This document shows positions 1 to 8,507 of a DNA stretch of 32,000 nucleotides, one piece after another. The position numbers and the translations under genes were made by a program. Where the stretch lies: NCBI RefSeq assembly GCF_001457615.1, contig NZ_LN831024.1, forward strand, positions 5,610,001 to 5,642,000, given 5' to 3'. Within the stretch, counting starts at the first letter, position 1. Every line of letters starts with the position of its first letter. The notes under the pieces are model-generated. The model was given only the letters and a program-made list of their open reading frames with translations, was not told the origin of the DNA and did not search any database. Origin of the DNA: Pseudomonas aeruginosa (lineage in GTDB: Bacteria; Pseudomonadota; Gammaproteobacteria; Pseudomonadales; Pseudomonadaceae).

Positions 1-1
1 G

Positions 2-1714
2 CCCAAGGCCAACCTCGGGGAAACCGCGCGCCAGCTCTACCAGGGCCTGATCGAACTCAACCAGTTGGTGCTGCCCGTCGAGGCCCGCCTGCAACTGCTC
101 GAACTGTTCCGTCCAGAGGTGCATTTCGTCTGCGCCCACCTGGAACGGCACTTCCTCAACCAGGCCATCGTCCTCGACGAACGGCCGCGCAAGATCGCCA
201 ACCTCTGCCAGGCCCTGCAGAACCACCTGGCCATCGGCTACAAGCTGATCGTGGTCCAGGAAGCGCCGCGCAACAGCCGCGACCGCGCGCAGCTGTTCGC
301 GGTCGGCATCCAGCGGGCGATCCGCAGCCTGTGCGGGCCGCTGATCCGCGCCAGCCAGTTGTACTGCCCGGTCCCCGAGGGGCTTTGGCTGGAACTCCAC
401 CAGCTCTACCAGTTGGCCAGCCAGCGCGGCGTGCATCGTCTCGCGGTGCGCGACGAACTGGCCAAGCACACCCCCGGCCTGAGCGTCGAGCAGGCCTACC
501 TGATTCCGCTGCTGCTCGGCTGCGCGCGCTGCAACCAGATGCGCCAGAACAACATTGCACGGCTCGCCGAGGTGCTCGAACCCTGGAGCCAGCTGCTGTC
601 GATACAGAGCGCGACGCTGCCCGGCTCGCTGTTCATCGCCGTGCCGCAGATCGACGGCCCGCCGCGCTACCGTTCGCTGTACCCGGAGACCCAACTGGCC
701 AGTGCCCTGGGCATCGACACCCAGCCGCTGGTCGAGCTGATCCGCGAATACCTGCTGCAGCCCGAGGCCGAACGCGCGAAAGCACGCCTGCCGCTGATCG
801 AAGGGGTGACCCTGGACCTGCTGCAACATCTCTCCTCGGCCTGGGGTGACATCGCCGAACGTACCTTCCAGCGCACCCAGGGCCAGGGCCAGTTGACCCT
901 GTGCATCGGCATGAGCGCCCTGCACTACTTCCTCGCCGGGCGCCGCCCGTTCAACGAGGTCCTGCAGATCCAGGAAGCGCCCGAGGCGCCTCGCTTCAAG
1001 GCCGACGTCCAGGACGCCTGGGCCGGCGCCTTCGATGCACAGAAGGTCACCGACTGGCAGCCCGGCATGCCGCTGGAGGAAATCGAGTACCGCCCGCACC
1101 AGTCGCCCCGCAGTGTGCAACCCGGGCACCCGCAGGCCCACGCACAGGCTGACGCCACCGAGGACTACCCGACCTACGCCCTGCCCATCGTCAACCACAG
1201 CCCCGGCGGCTATTGCCTGAGCTGGCCGAAGGAGGTGCCCGCCCAACTGCAGGCGGGCGAACTGGTCGGCCTGCAGGACCTTCCAGGCCAGGCGTGGAGC
1301 ATCGCGGTGGTGCGCTGGATCCGCCAGGTACGCAATGGCGGCACGCAGATGGGCATCGAGATGATCGCCCCGGCGGCACAGCCCTGCGGCCTGCAACTGC
1401 TGCGCAAGACCGAGCAGAGCAGCCACTACCTGCGCGCCCTGCTGCTGCCGGCGATCGCCGCGATCTCGCGGCCGGCGACGGTGATCACCCCGCGCCTGCC
1501 GTTCCAGGAGGGCAGCCGGGTGCAGATCAACCTGCACGGCGAGGAGCGGCGCGCGGTGCTGAATCGCCGGCAGGCCTCGACCGGCAGCTTCAGCCAGTTC
1601 GAATACCGCTCGGCGGAACCGGTGAACACCCCGAGCGATAAGCCGGTCACAGCGCCAGTGGCCCGGCCGCCTGCGGGGGAGGAAGATTTTGACTCGCTCT
1701 GGAAGTCTCTGTAG
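2..1714 (+). CDS. Conserved hypothetical protein, 5' end truncated by window edge
   Basis: Frame is open leftward from position 2 (PKANLGETARQLYQGLIELNQLVLPVEARLQLLE...), so M at 65 (a GTG codon) is not necessarily the start. Stop TAG at 1712-1714. Directly upstream of fimX; C-terminal part looks like a separate small beta-rich (PilZ-like?) region, not proven. Confidence 0.8.
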   Translation, partial: PKANLGETARQLYQGLIELNQLVLPVEARLQLLELFRPEVHFVCAHLERHFLNQAIVLDERPRKIANLCQALQNHLAIGYKLIVVQEAPRNSRDRAQLFAVGIQRAIRSLCGPLIRASQLYCPVPEGLWLELHQLYQLASQRGVHRLAVRDELAKHTPGLSVEQAYLIPLLLGCARCNQMRQNNIARLAEVLEPWSQLLSIQSATLPGSLFIAVPQIDGPPRYRSLYPETQLASALGIDTQPLVELIREYLLQPEAERAKARLPLIEGVTLDLLQHLSSAWGDIAERTFQRTQGQGQLTLCIGMSALHYFLAGRRPFNEVLQIQEAPEAPRFKADVQDAWAGAFDAQKVTDWQPGMPLEEIEYRPHQSPRSVQPGHPQAHAQADATEDYPTYALPIVNHSPGGYCLSWPKEVPAQLQAGELVGLQDLPGQAWSIAVVRWIRQVRNGGTQMGIEMIAPAAQPCGLQLLRKTEQSSHYLRALLLPAIAAISRPATVITPRLPFQEGSRVQINLHGEERRAVLNRRQASTGSFSQFEYRSAEPVNTPSDKPVTAPVARPPAGEEDFDSLWKSL

Positions 1715-1778
1715 ATTGCCCCGACACCTCCATTCGCCGTCTTTTCGCGCCTGCCCGGACGCGGACTGAGCCCTTTCC

Positions 1779-3854
1779 ATGGCCATCGAAAAGAAAACCA
1801 TCCGCCTGCTGATTCTGGAAGACTCGCAGAACGAAGCCGAACGCCTGGTCAGTCTGTTCCGCAATGCCGGCCACGCGACCCGCGTACATCGACTGACCTC
1901 TCCCGAGGACCTCGCCGAAACCCTCCAGCAAAGCTGGGACCTGCTGATCGCCGCGCCGACCAGCGAGTGTCTCGAGCCCGGCGAGGCGCTCGCTACCTTG
2001 CGCCGCCAGTCGCGCGACATCCCGTTCATCCAGCTGGTGGCCGACAACAACTCCGACGCCATCACCGACGCCTTGATGCTCGGCGCCCAGGACGCCCTGC
2101 CGCAAGGCGAGGACGAGCGCCTGGTGCTGGTCGCCAACCGCGAGTTGGCCGGCCTCGCCGAACGCCGCGCGCGCCGCGCCGCCGAACTCGCCCTGCGCGA
2201 GGCGGAAAAACGCTGCCAGTTGCTGCTCGACAGCTCGGTCGACGCCATCACCTACGTCCACGACGGCATGCACATCTACGCCAACCGCTCCTACATGGCG
2301 CTGTTCGGCTACGAGGACGCCGAGGAACTGGAAGGCCTGCCGGTCATCGACCTGATCGCCTCCTGCGACCAGGGCGCCTTCAAGGATTTCCTCAAGGGCT
2401 ACCAGAACGACCAGCGCCAGACCGAACTGGTTTGCACCGGGGTCAAGCTCGACGGCCAGGAATTCAAGGCGCGCATCAGCCTCTCCGCCGCCACGTACGA
2501 CGGCGAACCCTGCATCCAGGTGGTGATCCGCGGCGAGGTCGACAACGCCGAGCTGGAAGAAAAGCTCCGCGAAGTCAGCAGCCAGGACCCGGTCACCGGT
2601 CTCTACAACCGCAGCCACTTCCTCGACCTGATGGATGCCGCCGTGCAGCAGGCGGTGACCGCCCGCAAGCCGTCGACCCTGGCCTATATCCATCTCAACG
2701 GCTACCCCTCGCTCCAGGCCGACCACGGGCTTTCCGGGATCGACCTGCTGCTCGGCCAGTTGGCCGGACTGATGCGTGAACAGTTCGGCGAGGAAGCCGA
2801 CCTGGCGCGTTTCGGCGATTCGATCTTCGCCGCCCTGTTCAAGGGCAAGACTCCCGAGCAGGCGCAAGCGGCACTGCAACGACTGCTGAAGAAAGTCGAG
2901 AACCACCTTTTCGAGCTGAACGGCCGCAGCGCCCAGGCCACCCTCAGCATCGGCGTCGCCGGTCTCGACGAGAAGACCGCCAAGGCCCAGGACGTGATGA
3001 ACCGTGCGCATCGCTGCGCCGATGACGCGGCACGCAAGGGCGGGTCGCAGATCAAGCAGTACAACCCGGCGGAAGAGCTTGCCGCCGCCGCCCAGCGCGG
3101 CGACGTCATCGCGATCCTCCAGCAGGCGCTGGAGACCAACAGCTTCCGCCTGCTGTTCCAGCCAGTCATCAGCCTGCGCGGCGACAGCCACGAGAACTAC
3201 GAGGTGCTCCTGCGCCTGCTCAATCCGCAGGGCCAGGAAGTGCCGCCGGCGGAGTTCCTGCATGCCGCCAAGGAAGCCGGGCTGGCGGAGAAGATCGACC
3301 GCTGGGTGATCCTCAATTCGATCAAGCTGCTCGCCGAGCATCGCGCCAAGGGGCACCAGACCAAGCTGTTCGTCCACCTGTCCAGCGCGAGCCTGCAAGA
3401 CCCCGGCCTGCTGCCCTGGCTCGGGGTGGCGCTGAAGGCCGCGCGCCTGCCGTCGGAGTCGCTGGTGTTCCAGATCAGCGAAGCCGACGCCACCAGCTAT
3501 CTGAAGCAGGCCAAGCAACTGACCCAGGGCCTGGCCACCCTGCATTGCCAGGCGGCGATCAGCCAGTTCGGCTGCTCGCTGAACCCGTTCAACGCGCTGA
3601 AGCACCTGACCGTGCAGTTCATCAAGATCGATGGCTCCTTCGTCCAGGACCTCAACCAGGTGGAAAACCAGGAGATCCTCAAGGGCCTGATCGCCGAACT
3701 GCACGAACAGCAGAAGCTCAGCATCGTCCCCTTCGTCGAGAGCGCCAGCGTCCTCGCCACCCTGTGGCAAGCCGGCGCCACCTACATCCAGGGCTACTAC
3801 CTGCAGGGGCCGAGCCAGGCGATGGACTACGACTTCTCCTCGGGAGACGAATGA
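1779..3854 (+). CDS. fimX: FimX, degenerate REC-PAS-GGDEF-EAL c-di-GMP receptor of twitching motility
   Basis: 691 aa; N-terminal receiver-like domain, PAS-like segment, degenerate GGDEF (RFGDSIFAAL), degenerate EAL (YEVLLRLL) and C-terminal YIQGYYLQGP. Confidence 0.95.
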   Translation: MAIEKKTIRLLILEDSQNEAERLVSLFRNAGHATRVHRLTSPEDLAETLQQSWDLLIAAPTSECLEPGEALATLRRQSRDIPFIQLVADNNSDAITDALMLGAQDALPQGEDERLVLVANRELAGLAERRARRAAELALREAEKRCQLLLDSSVDAITYVHDGMHIYANRSYMALFGYEDAEELEGLPVIDLIASCDQGAFKDFLKGYQNDQRQTELVCTGVKLDGQEFKARISLSAATYDGEPCIQVVIRGEVDNAELEEKLREVSSQDPVTGLYNRSHFLDLMDAAVQQAVTARKPSTLAYIHLNGYPSLQADHGLSGIDLLLGQLAGLMREQFGEEADLARFGDSIFAALFKGKTPEQAQAALQRLLKKVENHLFELNGRSAQATLSIGVAGLDEKTAKAQDVMNRAHRCADDAARKGGSQIKQYNPAEELAAAAQRGDVIAILQQALETNSFRLLFQPVISLRGDSHENYEVLLRLLNPQGQEVPPAEFLHAAKEAGLAEKIDRWVILNSIKLLAEHRAKGHQTKLFVHLSSASLQDPGLLPWLGVALKAARLPSESLVFQISEADATSYLKQAKQLTQGLATLHCQAAISQFGCSLNPFNALKHLTVQFIKIDGSFVQDLNQVENQEILKGLIAELHEQQKLSIVPFVESASVLATLWQAGATYIQGYYLQGPSQAMDYDFSSGDE

Positions 3855-3856
3855 AG

Positions 3857-3886
3857 AACGGGCGCCCTGGGCGCCCGTTGCTTTTC
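3857..3886 (+). terminator. Intrinsic terminator after fimX
   Basis: aacgggcgccc-t-gggcgcccgtt hairpin followed by gcttttcc, immediately after the fimX stop. Confidence 0.8.
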
Positions 3887-3940
3887 CGCTCTACCGACCT
3901 GGTTCGTGGCTGCCGGGCCGGCAAGAGACGCCCGCCGGCC

Positions 3941-5155
3941 TCAGGCTCGTCCTTCGCGGTCGCGGTAGCCGAGCAGGTAGAGGATGCCGTCCAGGCCCAG
4001 GGTCGAGATCGCCTGCTTGGCCGACTGCTTGACCAGCGGCTTGGCGCGGAACGCCACGCCCAGGCCGGCCAGGCCGAGCATCGGCAGGTCGTTGGCGCCG
4101 TCGCCGACGGCAATGGTCTGCTCCAGGCTCAGGCCTTCCTTCGCCGCCAGTTCGCGCAGCAGGTCGGCCTTGCGCTGGGCATCGACGATCGGCTCGACCG
4201 CCACCCCGGTGACCTTGCCGTCGACGATCTGCAACTCGTTGGCGAACACGTAGTCGATCCCCAGCTTCGCCTGCAATTGACGGGCGAAATAGGTGAAGCC
4301 GCCGGACAGGATGGCGGTCTTGTAACCCAGGCGCTTGAGTTCGGCGAACAGGGTTTCCGCACCCTCGGTCAGACGCAGCGAGGCGCCGATCTCCTCCAGC
4401 ACGTCTTCCGACAGCCCCTGCAGCAGCGCCAGGCGCTCCTTGAAGCTGGCGCGGAAGTCCAGTTCACCGCGCATCGCCCGCTCGGTGATCGCGGCGACCT
4501 TCTCGCCGACGCCGGCGGCCTTGGCCAGTTCGTCGATGACTTCCGCCTCGATCAGCGTCGAATCCATGTCGAACACCGCCAGCCGGCGGTTGCGGCGGAA
4601 CACGCTGTCCTGCTGGAAAGCGATGTCGACGTTCAATTCCTGGGCGACGCTGAGGAATTCCGCACGCAGCGCCGCCGGATCGGCCGGTTCGCCGCGTACC
4701 GAGAACTCGATGCAGCCCTTGCCCTGGTCGGCGGGCATGTCCAGCGGCATACGCCCGGAGAGACGGTCGATGTGGTCGATGTTCAGCGCGTACTTGGCGG
4801 TGATCGAGCTGACCCTCTGCAGTTGCTCGGCAGTCACCCGGCGGGTGAGCAGGGTCACGATGTGCCGCGCCTTGCCCTGGCCGTCGACCCATTGCCGGTA
4901 GTCATCTTCCGAGACCGGGGTGAAGCGCACCTGCTGGTCCAGCTTGTAGGCGGTGAACAGCACGTCCTTGAGGACCGAGGAACCGGCCTCGGTATCCGGG
5001 ATTTCCACCAGGATGCCGAACGACAGGGTGTCGTGGATCACCGCCTGGCCGATGTCGAGGATGTTCACCCCGCCCTGGGCCAGTACGCCGGTGATGGCAG
5101 CGGTGAGACCGGGGCGGTCTTCCCCGGTGATGTTGATCAGGACAATTTCGCGCAA
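3941..5155 (-). CDS. serB: Phosphoserine phosphatase with N-terminal tandem ACT domains
   Basis: HAD motif AVFDMDSTLIEAEVIDELAKAAG, GDGANDLPML; N-terminal REIVLINITGEDRPGLTAAITG. TTG at 5155 has GGAG 8 nt upstream; the track ORF starts at 5230. Confidence 0.9.
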   Translation of the reverse strand: MREIVLINITGEDRPGLTAAITGVLAQGGVNILDIGQAVIHDTLSFGILVEIPDTEAGSSVLKDVLFTAYKLDQQVRFTPVSEDDYRQWVDGQGKARHIVTLLTRRVTAEQLQRVSSITAKYALNIDHIDRLSGRMPLDMPADQGKGCIEFSVRGEPADPAALRAEFLSVAQELNVDIAFQQDSVFRRNRRLAVFDMDSTLIEAEVIDELAKAAGVGEKVAAITERAMRGELDFRASFKERLALLQGLSEDVLEEIGASLRLTEGAETLFAELKRLGYKTAILSGGFTYFARQLQAKLGIDYVFANELQIVDGKVTGVAVEPIVDAQRKADLLRELAAKEGLSLEQTIAVGDGANDLPMLGLAGLGVAFRAKPLVKQSAKQAISTLGLDGILYLLGYRDREGRA

Positions 5156-5311
5156 GGCGTAAGCTCCGCCAGGTAAAAGACGCCATTCTACCCGCTTTCC
5201 CGCACACCCGAGAGACGCAGAGCCGGGCATTTGCCATCACCACCGGTCGGAACCGACCGGGAAAACCCGCGAAACCGCCGCGCGGCGGCCTGGAAAGCGC
5301 GTCAACGGCCC

Positions 5312-5340
5312 TTTGCCCCTCGGGGGGCGCTGGTTATACT
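5312..5340 (+). promoter_or_regulatory. Putative sigma70 promoter for the Smp/AhpA-like gene
   Basis: TTTGCC (5312-5317), 17 nt spacer, TATACT (5335-5340) with extended -10 context tgg; about 30 nt upstream of the GTG at 5376. Confidence 0.5.
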
Positions 5341-5375
5341 GCGCGATACCTCTATTTCAGAAGACCGAGCCCCCT

Positions 5376-6914
5376 GTGACCCGGCCCACGTCCGTCAAGC
5401 CCGACAATTTCTTCCTCCTGCTGTTTCGTGCCTTGCGCCAGCGCCGCGTCCCGATCGCCCTGCGGCTCGCCAGCCATAGCCTGATCCTGGTGGCCCTGGC
5501 CCTGCTGATCTACGCCTGGGTCATGGGCATGCAGTTTCGCCAGGCCATGCAGCAGCAGGCCGATGCCCTGGGCCAGAGCCTGATCACCCAGACCGCCGCG
5601 TCCGCCACCGAGTTGCTGGTGTCCAACGACATCCTCAGCCTCAACGTGCTGCTGAACAACCTGGTGAAGAACCCGCTGGTGGCCCATGCGGCGATCTACA
5701 GCGTCGACCAGCGCATCCTCGCCGAGGCCGGCAGCCGTCCGAAGCAGAGCCTGCTCGGTGCCACCGAAGGCCTGTACTCGACGCCGATCACCTTCCAGGA
5801 AGTGATCGCCGGGCACCTGCGCATCAGCCTGGACATGCAGCAGTTCCAGCAGCCGATGATGATCAGCCTGCAGAGCATGGGCCTGATCAGCCTGATCCTG
5901 CTGATCCTCGCCCTGTATTTCAGCCTGCGCCTGGGGCGGCAGATTTCCACACCCTTGTTGCAATTGCGTGTCTGGTTGCGCGATCCGGACAATCCGGCCC
6001 CCGGCGCCGAACTGCAGAACGAGCTGGGCGACCTGGCGCGCGACCTGGAAGAGCGCCTGGTGCCGGAAAAGCCGCCGGCGCCGGAGCCGGAAGAAGCACC
6101 GCTGCCGCAGAACTTCGACGACATCCTGCTGGAAGACGACGAAGCCGACCTGCGCAGCCGCAAGGTCGAGGCCTCGGCCTTCGAGGAAGACGACATTCCG
6201 CTGGGCGACGCCCTGCTGGACGAGACCAAGCCGGTGGAATTCACCTCCATCGACGAAGACCCGCTGGACCAGGACGCCTTCGACGAGAACGGAGCCGAAG
6301 CCGGGGAACAGCCCGCAGCGCCCGCCGCTGCGCGCGAACCGCAACACAGTGCGGTGCTGGCGATCCAGCTCGGCGCTCAGGAACAGTTGCGCCGGTTGCC
6401 GCGCAGCCGCCTGGTGGATCTCCTGCAACGCTATCGCGACTGCCTGGAACAGGCCGCCCGCCAGTACAAGGGCTGCCTGCACACGCTCAGCGACGGCGGC
6501 AGCCTGATTCTCTTCCACAGCCGCGACAACCGCGCCGACTACCTGACCAACGCGCTCTGCTGCGGTGAACTGATGCGTGCGCTCGGCCATGCCCTGCAGA
6601 TCGAGGTCGCCGACAGCGGCATCACCTTGCAACTGCAACTGGGCCTGAGCCTCGGCGAAGACCTCAGCGAACAGACCCAGGCCGACCTGCTGCTCAACGA
6701 AACCGTGCAGAACGCCCTCGCCCTCAACCAGCACAGCCGCAACCTGCTGCTGGTCGAACGCAGCATCGCCGACGACGCGGTGGTCCGCGAGCGCGCCCGT
6801 ATCCGCGCCATCGCCAGTCCGGAAGGAGCCTGCTGCGTCGAGCGTCTGCTGGAGCCGTATCCGTCGATGCTCGAGCGCCAACTGGCGCGCATGCACGACC
6901 GCGCCCGCCCGTGA
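5376..6914 (+). CDS. Smp/AhpA-like membrane protein divergent from serB
   Basis: 512 aa from GTG 5376: cytoplasmic N-terminus, TM segment (HSLILVALALLIYAWVMG), periplasmic domain, second TM (GLISLILLILALYFSL), then HAMP-like and acidic region. Adjacent to serB as Smp is in enterics. Confidence 0.65.
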   Translation: MTRPTSVKPDNFFLLLFRALRQRRVPIALRLASHSLILVALALLIYAWVMGMQFRQAMQQQADALGQSLITQTAASATELLVSNDILSLNVLLNNLVKNPLVAHAAIYSVDQRILAEAGSRPKQSLLGATEGLYSTPITFQEVIAGHLRISLDMQQFQQPMMISLQSMGLISLILLILALYFSLRLGRQISTPLLQLRVWLRDPDNPAPGAELQNELGDLARDLEERLVPEKPPAPEPEEAPLPQNFDDILLEDDEADLRSRKVEASAFEEDDIPLGDALLDETKPVEFTSIDEDPLDQDAFDENGAEAGEQPAAPAAAREPQHSAVLAIQLGAQEQLRRLPRSRLVDLLQRYRDCLEQAARQYKGCLHTLSDGGSLILFHSRDNRADYLTNALCCGELMRALGHALQIEVADSGITLQLQLGLSLGEDLSEQTQADLLLNETVQNALALNQHSRNLLLVERSIADDAVVRERARIRAIASPEGACCVERLLEPYPSMLERQLARMHDRARP

Positions 6915-7447
6915 CCACCCTGATCACCCACCCGCTGCCGGTCCTGGCGGTGGGACTGGCCCTTGGCAGCCGGGTGATTCCGCCACGCCTGCTGCTGGCA
7001 GGCATGCTCGCCGCCTGCCTGCCGGACTTCGACGTAGTCGCCTTCAAGCTCGGCATCGCCTATCACGATGCCTTCGGCCATCGCGGCTTCAGCCATTCGC
7101 TATTGTTCGCCGCGATCCTCGGCGCGCTCGCCGCCCTCGCCTGCCGGCCGCTGCATAGCGGACCGCTGAAAGCCGGGCTGTGGGTAGCGCTGGCCACCGC
7201 CTCGCACAGCCTGCTGGACGCGATGACCAATGGCGGGCTGGGCGTCGCCTGGTTCTGGCCCTGGAGCGACGCCCGCTACTTCATGCCGTTCCATCCGATC
7301 GCCGTGTCGCCGATCGGTCTGTCGCGCTTCCTCAGCGAACGCGGATTGCTGGTGCTGCAATCGGAGGCGCGCTGGGTCTGGCTGCCCTGCCTGCTGCTGG
7401 CGCTCGCCGGCATGGCCCTGCGCTTCCTGTTGCGCCGCTCACGCTGA
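6911..7447 (+). CDS. YdjM/DUF457 family membrane-bound metal-dependent hydrolase
   Basis: 178 aa, hydrophobic, CLPDFDVVAF, HRGFSHSLLFA, ASHSLLDAMTNGG. GTG start overlaps upstream stop (GTGA). Confidence 0.8.
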   Translation: MTTLITHPLPVLAVGLALGSRVIPPRLLLAGMLAACLPDFDVVAFKLGIAYHDAFGHRGFSHSLLFAAILGALAALACRPLHSGPLKAGLWVALATASHSLLDAMTNGGLGVAWFWPWSDARYFMPFHPIAVSPIGLSRFLSERGLLVLQSEARWVWLPCLLLALAGMALRFLLRRSR

Positions 7448-7461
7448 CGCCGAAACGAAAA

Positions 7462-7481
7462 AGCCCCGCTTCGGCGGGGCT
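7462..7481. terminator. Bidirectional intrinsic terminator
   Basis: aaaaagccccgc-ttcg-gcggggcttt between convergent genes. Confidence 0.9.
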
Positions 7482-7504
7482 TTCTCCTAGTCGGCTATCG
7501 ACAA

Positions 7505-8215
7505 TCAGAACCGATAGACCTCGGCGTCGGTGCGAATCGGCACCACCAGTGGCATTTTCGGACCTTCCTCTTCCTTGACCTTCGGCTTGGCCACCGGCTT
7601 GCGCGCGGTCGCCGGCGGCGGCGCCTCGGCCGCCACGGCGATCGGCTTGACGTCCTTGGCCAACTGCGCCGCCAGGCGCTTGAGCAGGTCGCTCTGGGCA
7701 CGGATCTGGTCGCCGATGCTGCCCTGATGCTGTTCTTCCTCGTGGAACACCCGGCTGTCCTTCAGGTCGCCCTTCTGGTCCAACAGGCGCCAGCGCGCCT
7801 CGATCACTGCCGGCTGCTTGGGGCCGGAGTCGAGGCGACTGATGGTCAGCATCACCTGGACCTGGGGGGTGAAACCGGGTTTTTCCGGGAACAGCGCCAG
7901 GCGGCTGCTGCCCAGCTCGCTGGACATCTGCCGCAGCAGTTGCTGGCTGACATTGGTCTCCAGGTTGCCGGCCCAGCGCGCTTCGGTGGACAGACTGAGA
8001 ATACCATCGGCCTGCCGCTGCACCATCACATCGCGCTTGAGATAGTCGGCCAGTTGTACCGGCCCGAGCAGGACGGCCGCACCGCCGTCCTTTTTCGGTA
8101 CCGCAGCGGCACCGACGTCCAACTGGTAGAGCTGGGCCGGCGGATGGACCGCACAACCCGTCAGCCCGAGCAGGCTGACGAGGGAAAGACATGCGAAGAC
8201 GCGCCACGCGCTCAT
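7505..8215 (-). CDS. PqiC/YmbA-like (ABC-type transport auxiliary) lipoprotein
   Basis: 236 aa from ATG 8215; lipobox LLGLTGC; ...PPAQLYQLDVG...VLLGPVQLADYLKRDVMVQR... resembles PqiC/DUF330 family. Confidence 0.65.
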   Translation of the reverse strand: MSAWRVFACLSLVSLLGLTGCAVHPPAQLYQLDVGAAAVPKKDGGAAVLLGPVQLADYLKRDVMVQRQADGILSLSTEARWAGNLETNVSQQLLRQMSSELGSSRLALFPEKPGFTPQVQVMLTISRLDSGPKQPAVIEARWRLLDQKGDLKDSRVFHEEEQHQGSIGDQIRAQSDLLKRLAAQLAKDVKPIAVAAEAPPPATARKPVAKPKVKEEEGPKMPLVVPIRTDAEVYRF

Positions 8216-8429
8216 CGAGAACCACCGTATTTCGCCGAAGATCGGCACTACTGATGCAAGACTTGAATTCTACTGGCCACCCGCCATCGGAAACGGCGGC
8301 CGAAGGGGCGTATCATCCCCTAACCAGCGCCATAGCTCCAGAGGCAGAGCGTATTCCGAAACCGGTTTCGGACCACCTGCGTCAGGGGAAAACCCGGCGG
8401 AACCCGCCAGGGAGACGACATTCCCCCGG

Positions 8430-8456
8430 AAAGCCGGCCTCGGAAGAGGCCGCTTT
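8430..8456. terminator. Hairpin, possible terminator downstream of parC
   Basis: aaagc(c)ggcctc-ggaa-gaggccgcttt; 11 bp stem with one bulged base; weak T-tract. Confidence 0.45.
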
Positions 8457-8507
8457 CGCCATTCCCTTGCGGATATGCGAGAGATCGGAGACCGGTAACG
8501 GCTCATT

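Noticed and set aside
1647-3770. 707 aa antisense ORF opposite fimX
   Set aside because: Overlaps FimX almost completely; composition is typical of a high-GC shadow frame (repetitive Leu/Gly/Val/Ala/Gln, no domain motif).
5352-6896. 514 aa antisense ORF opposite the Smp/AhpA-like gene
   Set aside because: Shadow frame of a gene with clear TM topology and a promoter on the plus strand.
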